From assembly GCF_006345805.1 (NCBI RefSeq), contig NW_021825710.1, forward strand, positions 124,001 to 188,000: DNA of 64,000 nt, read 5' to 3'. Numbering within the stretch: position 1 is the stretch's first letter; the number at the start of each line of letters is the position of its first letter. The notes under the pieces were generated by a model. It made no database searches, had not been told where the DNA came from, and saw nothing but the letters and a program-made list of their open reading frames with translations. Shown here one piece after another: positions 52,321 to 64,000 of the stretch. Source of the DNA: Octopus sinensis. Its lineage: Eukaryota. Made by a program: the position numbers and the translations under genes.

Positions 52321-52390
52321 GCTGGGTCTGAAGATACGCCATAAAGGTACCCTTTATGGTGATAAACCCAGGGTAACCCTATTAACCAGC
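52321..52390 (+). ncRNA. Type I hammerhead ribozyme motif, inverted copy (GAAA mutated to UAAA)
   Basis: GGGU CUGAAGA [CGCCAUAAAG/CUUUAUGGUG] UAA ACCC A GGGU A ACCC; perfect 4-bp stem I. Confidence 0.55.
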
Positions 52391-52454
52391 TTTCACCAGT
52401 AATTAATATAGAGTGCCCTACTTCTTAGAGTGTGCTTCTCCGGATTTATGCTTT

Positions 52455-53256
52455 TCTAAGAAAAAAAACGATGTGTGTGTGTGTGTGTGTATAAAATAGA
52501 AGAAAAACGCAATAGAGGACAAGACATTCGAACAGATAGACGATACAAAGGCGGACAAGAGAAACCACAATTAGGACTGGGGGGACAGGTCATTCATGGC
52601 CTTCTTTCTTCAGTCAAGTTACCAGATGTCCTTACTGTTTCGGGGCTGCCCCCAAAAAAGACAAAGCTAAGAGCATTAGATTTTTGGTAAGAAAGCTAGC
52701 TAGTGTACGGTAACAAAGACAAAAAATGGAGAACATAGTATACAATTACAAATACAAACAACAAGAATATAACAACAGGTGTCTTTTGACTGAGAACGAA
52801 TCAAATTGAGTTGGCGTGTATGAAGTGAAAGCCTAAAAGCAGGAACATAAGAGATGGACATAAGAGGTGTTGGCGGTTGGCACTCAGGCCAAGCAAGAAA
52901 GATCATGGCTGGCCGGACACCTGTCACGTGGAAGGAGGAGAGAGGGGTAGGGGACAGCGGGATTGAATGATTAGAAAAAAAATCAAAGGACAAAGGGAAA
53001 GGTATAGAGGAGATAAATGAGGAGGAAGAGTGGAAGTTAAAGAAAGAGAGGGCCAAGACAGGTAGACGATACAAAGGCGGACAGGAGAAACAGCAATTAA
53101 AAGGGCAGGGAGGAAAAAGGATGGTCATTCGTGGCCTTCTTTCTTCAGTCAAGTTACTAGGTGTCCTTACTGTTTTGAGAAGTTACACTTTAAACAGTTC
53201 GATCTGGTTGCCCCCCAAAAATTCTAAGCTAATAGCATTAGATATTTTGTAAGAAA
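52455..53256 (-). repeat. Unclassified repeat with local partial duplications (possibly a LINE 3' UTR)
   Basis: 52533-52695 aligns with 53062-53256; 52712-52775 aligns with 53726-53785. Confidence 0.5.
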
Positions 53257-53431
53257 GGCGCAGGAGTGACAATGTGGTAAGTAGCTTGCTTACCAACTAC
53301 ATGACTCCGGGTTTAGTCCCACTGCGTGGAACCTTGGGCAAGTGTCTTCTGCTATAGCCTAAGGCCGACCAAAGCCTTGTGAGTGGATTTGGTAGACGGA
53401 AACTGAAAGAAGCCTGTCGTATGTATGTATG

Positions 53432-53479
<48 letters not shown>

Positions 53480-53705
53480 TGTGTGTGTGTATGTATGTAT
53501 GTGTGTGTGTGTGTTTTTGTCTCCCCACCATCGCTTGACAACCCATTTTGATGTGTTCACGTCCCTGGAACTTAGCGGTTCGGCAAAAGAAACCGATAGA
53601 ATAAGTACAAGGCTTACAAAGAATAAGTCCTGGGGTCGATTTGTTCGACTAAAGGCGGTGCTCCAGCATGGCCGCAGTCAAATGACTGAAACAAGTAAAA
53701 GAAAG
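53257..53705 (+). mobile_element. tRNA-derived SINE, full length, internal (GT)n, CR1-like tail
   Basis: GGCGCAGGAG head with A/B-box-like motifs; tail GGCGGTGCTCCAGCATGGCC...CTGAAACAAGTAAAA. Confidence 0.9.
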
Positions 53706-55731
53706 AAAAAAGAAATGTGTATGACAACAAAGACAAAAAACGTAGAACATGGTACACAGATACAAGCAACAAGAATATAACAAATACACACACACATACA
53801 TGCATAATATGCTTCTGGGGTCTTCTGTTCTTTTCTTATACGAAGTAAAGCTAACTAGTATCACACATTCAGTATGAATCTCTGACGAAAGGATAACATA
53901 GAAAAATAACCTAACCTGGATTGTATAATTCGAGCATAACCTTCACTGTGAAATGTAAGATGACATAAATAAATCCTTTACAAACTGACTCGCCAGTTTT
54001 GTTTTCACAATACAACTGTGTATGTGTGCCTTTGTATATATGCATATGCAAATATACATATATACCCGCATGTATATGCATACATATATCGAGAACCGAT
54101 CATTCGATGCCTTCTAAGATTGGGGGAGGATTCACAACTATTTCTGGCAGGTTAGACAACCGCGTATCTTGGGTTGTAAGAGGTAAATCGAATGTTTATT
54201 TTATTTTATCATGACTCGAATATAGACAAACAGATCAATGGTTCCAGTAGTGAACTATATTAATATGTTTCAATACAGCTGGATTGGACAGCGTTGATAA
54301 CAGAACACTGTCGATCTACGAGTCTCTAGTACACTCTTATGAGTGTACCAGTGTGTGTGTGTGTGTGTGTGTGCGTGCGCGCGTATATGTGTGTGTGTCT
54401 GTGTCTGAGTATGCTTAACCCTTTGTTTGATGTATATGAGAGACAAAGCATAGAATGAGACATCAGAATGAGACATTAGGATTTGTAATTGAGACTTTAG
54501 TTTAGCACATATCTGCCTTGAGTGGGTGCAAGATGAAGCGGTTTATAACACAGACACAACAGTAAGGTTATATTGTAATAATTCACTTTCTACCTTCCAT
54601 TGCCGTGAATGCTACGCGAGAAAGACGGATGTAATTACAGAATAGTGTTCCCAAAGTGCATTCTTCATACTACTGTTGAAACTAGTGCCAAAATTTGGAA
54701 AACAATGAAATCCCAAATCGCGATAAATTTATCTCATGTCCACGTGATACATAAATAAATACATAAATAAATTCTGCTGTGATGAGCTGACATTTGATGC
54801 TTAGCATTTGTCTTGTCATGGGAATTCGGTATCAAGTTGTCAGAAAATAGAATATGTTTGGTAAACCGACCATCTCTGGAAATTGGGGCTGGTGAGATCA
54901 GATTGTGATTGATTGATTTTCTAAAATAAAATAAAATCGTAACGGTTGGGTCAGTGTATAAATATAATGTGCGTGATTGTAATTAGAAGAATGATCTTCC
55001 ATCCAAACCGAGGAAAAGCAAATAATATGGGGTGTATATATACATTTGTGTGTGTGTATGTGCGTGTGTGCGCACGTGTGTGCGCACGCGCGTGCGTGTA
55101 TTGGCATGTGTGTGTATTTTTCTGTATTATACAGTGATGCATGCATATGTGTATGTTTGTGTCCAAAAATATGATACTGTTTATACGTATCTTTTACACT
55201 GAAATTTCATTTTGATTGGTCGCTTACCCGACAGCTAGATTATGAAAAAGAGTATAAACTAAATATTGAAATAATATCTTATTTTTCTTCGTGCAACCAT
55301 TCTGTCTTTAAAATTTAAGAAAATGCACCAGTATTGTCTGGTAATTATCTGTAATTATTGGATTCTGGTCTTTCTCAAGGAATCCTAGTTCAACTCTACT
55401 TCTTCCTTGCGATTTGTTACATATTCTAGTACTTCAATGATAATGTGTATGGATACAGAGAGCGAATTTTTAGAACAAATACACCTCAAAATGATAGTAT
55501 GTTGTCAACTTAATGCGACAGTCCCATGAAAGGGAAGAATCCTTCTGTTATTTAGCCCTAGGAAACACCGTTTCCTGTTGGACTTATGTTACATTAAGTG
55601 GAGACAACTTAATCTCTGAGAGATTTAGAAATGTATTATTTCTATTTTCAAAAATCAGTGAATGTACTTTACTTGAAATATGTATATTTTCAAAGGCGGA
55701 TAGGCATCGACAGCTAGCAGGCCATGCTACT

Positions 55732-55772
55732 CCAGACTGATGATGAGCAATGACTCTGAAACTAGTCTCTGG
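55732..55772 (+). ncRNA. Minimal type I hammerhead ribozyme motif
   Basis: CCAGA CUGAUGA U GAG caauga CUC U GAA ACUAGU C|UCUGG; 5-6 bp stem I, palindromic stem III, GUC triplet. Confidence 0.8.
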
Positions 55773-55873
55773 GTACTAACTTTGCTGGGTGGAGGTGCTT
55801 ATCTCCAATTTGAAAACATAAAGCCACAGGAAATGTGTCAAGTCGAACAGGAAACGGTGTTTCCTAGGGCTAA

Positions 55874-57340
55874 CGAGCTAATTGCTAAAGAAGGAAACAG
55901 CCTGAGACTGACCCCTCCAAAAGAAATATTGGAAGAAACAGCCAAAAAAAAAACAGCTGTTTATAGAACACTGTCGAGCAGCAGCAAAAAGATTGAATTA
56001 GCAAGCACTGAAGAAATGGAGGAGTGCCTCAAGGAGGTGAAGCACCTTACCACGTACTACACCAGAGGCAAGAGGTACAGCACAGTGGAGGTACTCAGTA
56101 AAATGCTCCACTGTGCCTCTAAGGTCGGATGAGTGAGCACTGCTGCCGAACTATTGTGACAAACGTGCGGTCAGAATTAGGATTGGCAGAGTGCCCCCAG
56201 AAATTGATGAAATGTGCTGGTGGCAGCCATCCTCTTCAACGCCGAGGAGGAAACCAATGTCCTGAGGGTCACGAGGACAACGGAAGTGAACTGGTTTGGA
56301 TACGGCCTTGAGGTGACGGTCCAAATCAGAGTCCCGGATCTGCATAAAATTGTGGATGAGATTGTGTTACCAGGGGACGTCAAACTACGAGTGTTAGTGA
56401 AGGGAAGACCTCCCATCTGCTACCACTGTGGAGTACGGGGTCACATGAAACAAGAAGTGGAACAGGAGGTAGAACAGGCACAGCAGCAGCAGGAGGTGGA
56501 GCAAGGTGTGGTGGCGCAAGGCCAGGTAAAGGAAGCATCGGAAGTAGCAGAAGTGAAACACCCAGTCGGAAAGAGAAAGAAAAAGAGGGAGGAAAATGCA
56601 TTATCGCCTCCAAAAAGCCCACAGAAAAAGAGAAAATGCAATTTGGAGGACATGCAGATAGAAGATGCAGAAGCAAAATAGAAAATTGCAGAAGAGAGAA
56701 CAAACGAAAAAGAAAGTATGCAGAAAGGAAAAGAAGCAACAACGAGGAGCGGGAGTAAGATGGACACGCAAGTACCAGGAACATCGGGAAGATGGAAAGT
56801 GGAAAGAGGAGGCGAAAAGAAGAAATTTGAGGAGGATGGTGAAATACAAGAAGAGTATAGAGATAGAGAAAAGGTTTTACGAAGTTGAAAAATGTTATAA
56901 GAGTGAAAATAACGGGAAGTGAATATACAGAGGACAACAGAGTGGTTTTTGCTGGAAAGTAATAGAGCGGATAAATTGAAAGAATTGTTCGGTGAGCGGA
57001 TTGATTTACCGCGTTGTGGTTTAGATGTGATGAGTTGCCACAAGTTGTGGCATTCGAAGACATTGTGCAATACTTTGTCGATGAAAAGAGTAAGTAAAAT
57101 TTGCAAAATTGAACTATGTTTAAAAAAAAGTGCCATAAACTGTACTCGAACATGAATTGCATAAACAGTTAAATGACACTGCTTGCGTATGGGGCGCAAA
57201 TAAGACATTTCATTTTTCTCATTATATCACTATATTCATATCCATTCGATTTTTGTTTTATGTACCCCCACTGTATTGTGTTGTCTGTCTTTGTTCGTCC
57301 CTTCTTTGTAAGAGCTATATGCTCATAGTAAAGAATAACG
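55874..57340 (+). mobile_element. Tx1-clade ORF1 fragment with 3' UTR-like end and no ORF2
   Basis: ELIAKEGNSLRLTPPKEIL; LVAAILFN..VKGRPPICYHCGVRGH (ORF 56214..56681); homologous to 4460-5690 and 38164..39639. Confidence 0.85.
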
Positions 57341-57358
57341 ATAGCAGGCCATGCTTCT

Positions 57359-57398
57359 CCAGACTGATGATGAGCAATGACTCTGAAACTAGTCTCTG
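57359..57398 (+). ncRNA. Minimal type I hammerhead ribozyme motif, second copy
   Basis: Core identical to 55732-55770; 4-bp stem I CAGA/UCUG. Confidence 0.8.
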
Positions 57399-57589
57399 AA
57401 TGCTGGCTTTGCTGGGTGAAGATGCTTAAAATGTGTCAAGTTTAACAGGAAACGGTGTTTCCTAGGGCTAAATAACAGTAGCATTCTTCCCTTTCGTGGG
57501 ACTGTCACATTAAGTTGACAACATACTATCACTTTATCGCGCTGTACTGCATAAATCTCTCTGAGAGATTTAGAAATGTATTTTTTTTT

Positions 57590-58350
57590 TCAATGTTATT
57601 TGGTATCAACTTTCCATCTGTAAACTCTCCATTTATTTCTTTGTAGAATCTCTTCTGATTAACTCTGAATAACCTGTTCTTCTGGTATCCCTTCATTCTT
57701 TGGTCGTATCTTACCATCTTTGCTTTCTTTGCAATGAGGCGCTGTTTCAGTTCCTTCTTTACCACTTTCAGGCCCTTTCTTTCAATATCATACTTCCTAT
57801 TCAGTGCCCGGTATTTTTGTTCGCTTTTAAGCTCTCCTTTCTCTTTTCCGTCTAACACAGAAATGTCCTTCGAGAGCATATCTAACCCCGCTACATGGAT
57901 CTCAGATCTTAAGATGTGCGTTCTGCCCAATAAGGCAGCTCTTTGCAAGACATCAATCTTGCATGGGATTTCCAGTTGCCTTAAGAAGTTTTGAAATTTC
58001 AATGGGATTGAACCCAACGCTCTGATCACCACTGATATCACTTTTACATTACCCTCTCGCATTCGATACAGTCTTTCAATTCGGAGTACTTGGTAATTTT
58101 TTTCAATCTTTTTACTCACAACATTCATGTCATTTGGTATGGCTACATCAATAATCTGACAGTATTTATCTCTCTTATTCAATATAACAATATCCGGCCG
58201 ACGCTATTCGATTACACGATCCGTCTGAAACTCATAGTCCCAAAGTGTCGTTACTTTTCCATCCTCCTGCATAACTTTACTTGGTACATGCTCATACCAG
58301 TTCTCAGAACGAATGAAGATACATACACGCTTTATCGTGGCGGCCCTTGT
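57590..58350 (-). mobile_element. Chimeric R4-like fragments: RLE end (57876-58350) joined to a pre-RT piece (57590-57875)
   Basis: TLWDYEFQTDRVIE*RRPDIV..IIDVAIP..LQRAALLG runs directly into KDISVLDGKEKGELKSEQKY (ORF 57529..58182). Confidence 0.8.
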
Positions 58351-58398
58351 ATTCTTTTATTATTATTATCATCATCATCATCATTATTATTATTATTA

Positions 58399-59652
<1,254 letters not shown>

Positions 59653-59669
59653 GGCGGCGGGCTAGCAGA

Positions 59670-60090
59670 ATATGAAATCATGTGGGACATGACCATCCAA
59701 TGTGACCAGAAAACTCAATGTGACTAGAAAACCTAACATTGTTGTGGTAGAAAATAGAAAGGACAAAGCAATTCTTGTAGACATTGCTTCACCGTGGGAT
59801 CACAGGTAAGTGAGAAAGTTGAAAAATTATCAGGAGCTGAAGAAGTAAATCAGGAAACTATGGAGAATCAACCACTTAGCAGTGGTACCGATTGTGGTTG
59901 GCACACTGATAACAGTGAGTAAAAGGTTGGAAGCCTGATTGAGAAGCTAGGAATTACCATCATGACGGTAATTTTCATAACAGAAAATAGCCTTAATAGA
60001 AACAACAAGGGTTAGAAAATTGAAGGAGAAGGAATGACTTAAAGGACCTTTGGTCATCGGATATGGCTCGCTCTTTTGGTATAGTATCGA
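59670..60090 (+). mobile_element. Decayed R4-like RLE 3' fragment
   Basis: EIMWDMTIQCDQ..RKPNIVVV..ILVDIASPWDH..VVPIVVG by manual translation, with frameshifts. Confidence 0.7.
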
Positions 60091-60209
60091 CGCAGTTATT
60101 GAGGATATTTTTAGTTATTTGGTTTAAATGTTTGTCCGTATTGTTAGAGTAGACAGATACATACATCGACAGAAATGTAAGTTGATTATTATAGACAGAC
60201 AGATAGATA

Positions 60210-60629
<420 letters not shown>

Positions 60630-61719
60630 TTTAGATTGCCCCCTTCAATACTGCCTATGTGGATTTTTACATTTCAAGAATCAAATGTTTCAGAAAAATA
60701 TACAATTTCATCATACAATTTTCAAAATAGCTACAGAATTTCCATGGGCACTGCTAGTTATTATTATTATTATTATTGTGAAGAGACGGAATCTTAGAGC
60801 TCCGTAAGTTTCAAGAGTTTTATCAATTATTTCGGCTGGTTAAGGCCCGTTCAGTCAATTATTTCGAGTTAACTATTTTGCTAACATTGTCTGGACGCGA
60901 GGGTAAAATTTCTGTTCAATTACATTCCCTTTTAGTTGGTGTGACTCTGTGATATTTATTTGGCATTCCTTGTGAAAACAAATTTTTTTTAGGCGGGTGC
61001 AGTTTTAAAAATGTCGGAATACGACAAAATAATGATAATCGACTGTGGACAGAGCTCTGTCAACCCAATGTAACCATAACAACGGAACATAATGCCAATG
61101 GCAGACAAGTTTGAGCTCAAATAAATTCATTGAATCAAAAAAGTGGTATTTCGTCTTGTTGCTATGACGACAGTAACACCTACAAAAATACAAGCAGTAA
61201 CACCGATAGTAATAACAACAACAACAAAGTGTACAACAGAAGCTGCAACAGCAGAAGCAACAATAATAGCAACAGCATCAGCAATGACAACAGCAACAAT
61301 GTGAACAACAACGCAAACAACAACAGCAGCAAGAGCGTGAACGAAAACAAGAATGTAGTTATCAACAGCAAATATCGACTACAGTAGTAAACAGCAAAAA
61401 CTGTAAAAAAAAAACAACAGTAGCAGCTACAACAACAACATAAAAAAAACATTAAGGCAATTCTTTATCATTTTCGAGAGCAGTTAACCAGTGGACTGTA
61501 TATTTGGTGCAAGATCTGAAAGTACAAAATGCTATTATAAAACCAGTACAAAAATATTATTATAAAACCAGATGTTATGTCGCTTAGTGAGGAGGAAAAG
61601 CTAACTCTGAACGGAAAACCATTGTGTATAAATGCGTTTCTCAAAGGTAGAAGAAACTTAAATTTCCTACTCCGACAGAAACTGAAAAATGTCTCCAAGA
61701 TGTGTAGCCCTCAACGCTA

Positions 61720-64000
61720 CACATGTATAAAGGAAAACTATACAAGACAGTTGCTGTTATATGCATCAATGAGCTAGAAGACTTATTGGACTCGGTCAGT
61801 GGGTTGATAGTACAAGACGTGAAGCAACTACAACGAGTCATATAGTTCGTATCTAGATAGAGTATTTGTTAGGTCAGCAAGTTGGGATAGCGTAGGATGT
61901 CTGCAATTCAAATTGGTCTGCAAAGAAAGAGGCTTGAAAGTGCCACTATGAAAGGCTACTAAATGTAGAGAACTCACGGGAGAAGGAGAGTCTGCCTAAT
62001 GTTGATCCAACAAAGGGACCAGAAATCCGAATAGACAGTAGCGTTGTAGACAAAGCCATGAAGGATATGAAGACAGGGAAAGCCCCCGGCCCATCAGGAA
62101 TAACCGCTATGATTCTTATAATATCTGGCGGTGTGGGTTATAGTCTAATCACTCAAAGTCATACCCAGTGACTGGTGTAGCAGCACCATAGCCAATTGTT
62201 ACAAAGATGAAGGTGACGCCTTAGATAGAAATAATTATAGAGGTATCAAATTGTTGGATCGGGGGATGAACGTCATTGAGGGGATCATACCTCAAATAAT
62301 TAGGAAGAGAGATAGTCTAGATGAGATGCAGTTTGGTTTTGTGCCAGGTAGAAGCACCACTGAAGCTATATTACCGGCAAGGCAGCTGCAGGAGAAATAC
62401 CAAGCCGAAGATAAACTTCTGTACTTAGCTTTTGCTGATTTGGAGAAAGCTTTTGACAGGGACCCCGCTCCCTTATCTGATGTCAATGCGGAAAGTAGGG
62501 ATAGGCGAGTGATTGGTGAGAGCTGTACAAGCCATATACAGGGATGCAGCCAGTAAGGTGAGGATTGGCAACGAGTATAGCGATGATTTCAGGGTACAAG
62601 TAGAGGTTCACCAAGGATCAGTCCTCAACCAACTCCTGTTCATCACAGTCCTCCAGGCAATAACAGAGAATTCAAGACGGGCTGCCGTGAGAGCTCCTCT
62701 ATGCTGATAAGCTTGTTCTTATAGCCGAATCACTACAAGAACTAAAGAAATTTCAGGTGTCGAAGTAAGGTCTAGAATCGAAGGGCCTTAGAGTCAATCG
62801 AGCAAAAACCAAAGTCTTAGTCAGTAAGAAAGCGAACAAATCAAAAATCCTTTCAGGTAGATGGTCCCGCTCGATATGTGGGAAAGATGTAGGTAGAAAT
62901 TCTATAAGATGTACCCGGTGCAAGCAATGGATATATAAGAGGTGCAGCAATATCAGACGAAGGTTAACCAGGAAAATAGTTTTTGTTTGTGGAAGGTGCA
63001 CAGGTACAATAAGCACTAAAAATGTACAGAAAAAAGACTCCAACAAATGACAGTGGGGTAAGCTAGAAGTAGTCGATAGCTTCCGTTATCTAGGTGACCA
63101 AAGCAGTAGCGGAAGTCGCTGCTCCGAGAGCGTAGCTGCGAGAATAAGAACAGGCTGGACAAAGTTCCTAAAGCACCTACTTTTGCTGGCAACGAATGGC
63201 CTCTCTCTCTCTCAGAGTGAAAGGCAAACTGTATTATTCCTGTGTGCGAACAGCTATGCTACACAGCAGTGAAATATGGGCTGTGACCGCCCAGGATATG
63301 CGTAGGCTTGAAAGAAATGAAGCTAGTATGCTTCGTTAGATGTGCAATGTCAGTGTGCATGTACGACAGAGTGTGAACGTCTTAAGAAAAAAGTTGGACA
63401 AAAGAGGCACCAGATATGGTGTGCAAGAGAGACGACTGTGCTGATATGGTCATGTGATGCGTATGGATGAGGACAGCTGTGTGAAGATGTGCCGATCTCT
63501 CACTGTGGAAGGAATAGAGGTAGACCCAGGAAGACATGGGATGAGGTGATGAAGCATGATCTTCGAACGTTGGGCCTCACAGAGGCAATGACTAGTGACC
63601 GAAGACCTTTGGCGATATGCCGTACTTGGGAAGACCCATCAAGCCAAGTGAAATAGTAGTCGTGGCCGATGCTAGTGTCACGTAACTTGCACCCATATAG
63701 GTGGAACATAAAAAGCACCTTTTGAGCGTTGGGCCACGCGGAGGCAATGTGGCCGATGCCGGTGTCGCGTAACTAGCACCTGTGCCGGTGTCAACATAAC
63801 TAGCACCTGTGCAAGTGGCACGTAAAAAGCACCTTTCGAGCATTGGGCCTCACACAGGCAATGACAAATGATCTAGACCTTTGGCAATATGCTGTACTTG
63901 AGAAGATACTCATCAAGCCAAGTGAAGTCGTAGTCGTGGCAAATACTGGTGTCATGTAACTGGCACCTGTGCTGGTGGAACTAAAAAGTATCCACTACAC
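61720..64000 (+). mobile_element. RTE-clade LINE, 5'-truncated and decayed, with a repetitive 3' UTR running off the window
   Basis: GKAPGPSGI, NYRGIKLL, QFGFVPGRSTTEAI, FADLEKAFDR, VHQGSVL, GLRVNRAKTKVL, FRYLGD, YGHVMRM; boundaries approximate. Confidence 0.9.

Larger units (their letters stand above)
50917..52406 (-). mobile_element. Naiad-like PLE 3' fragment (GIY-YIG end) bounded by 83-bp inverted HHR-containing repeats
   Basis: KYIGCAGT (51534-51542 = YIG), then TSLVNHM*QLKEDGIPYSISWKIL...KR[TGA]KLCVAE...LNSRSE..PCLH.RRFLL; 50917-50999 is an inverted copy of 52324-52406. Confidence 0.8.

Noticed and set aside
51303-52344. Mucin-like or hydrophobic proteins (268-, 229- and 178-aa ORFs)
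   Set aside because: Open frames on both strands are expected from GCT/GTT/GAT-type repeats; the block lies inside a PLE fragment and has no splice or promoter support.
53882-53915. Hammerhead candidate CTGACGA...GAAA
   Set aside because: No stem II, stem III or stem I pairing.
55737-55761. C/D-box snoRNA (UGAUGA...CUGA)
   Set aside because: The boxes are only about 10 nt apart, far too short; the hammerhead fold explains all conserved positions.
63560-64000. CRISPR-like repeat-spacer array
   Set aside because: Repeats are degenerate with non-unique spacers, the context is eukaryotic, and there are no cas genes; it is a LINE 3' UTR.

Overview
AT-rich, microsatellite-dense animal DNA made almost entirely of transposable elements and their remnants; I found no supportable host-gene exon. 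The SINE types resemble octopod cephalopod repeats (recognised from memory, not verified). Contents: a decayed Gypsy LTR element; a near full-length R4/Dong-like RLE LINE plus many 3' fragments in (TAA)n; a near full-length Tx1-clade LINE inside a (TC)n tract, plus a second ORF2 copy and two ORF1-only pieces; CR1 and RTE LINEs; three Penelope-like elements (PLEs); mariner and hAT remnants; MITEs and tRNA-derived SINEs. The most interesting signals are not in the ORF track. There are five type I hammerhead ribozyme (HHR) motifs in three sequence families. Two belong to a ~345-nt retrozyme-like repeat and flank a Tx1 ORF1 fragment. Two form the inverted ends of a Naiad-like PLE fragment whose GIY-YIG domain has an in-frame TGA at a conserved Cys position (possible selenocysteine). 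One lies 3' of a Neptune-like PLE. All alignments, folds and translations beyond the supplied ORF track were done by eye; clade names come from recalled motifs and need database or phylogenetic confirmation.
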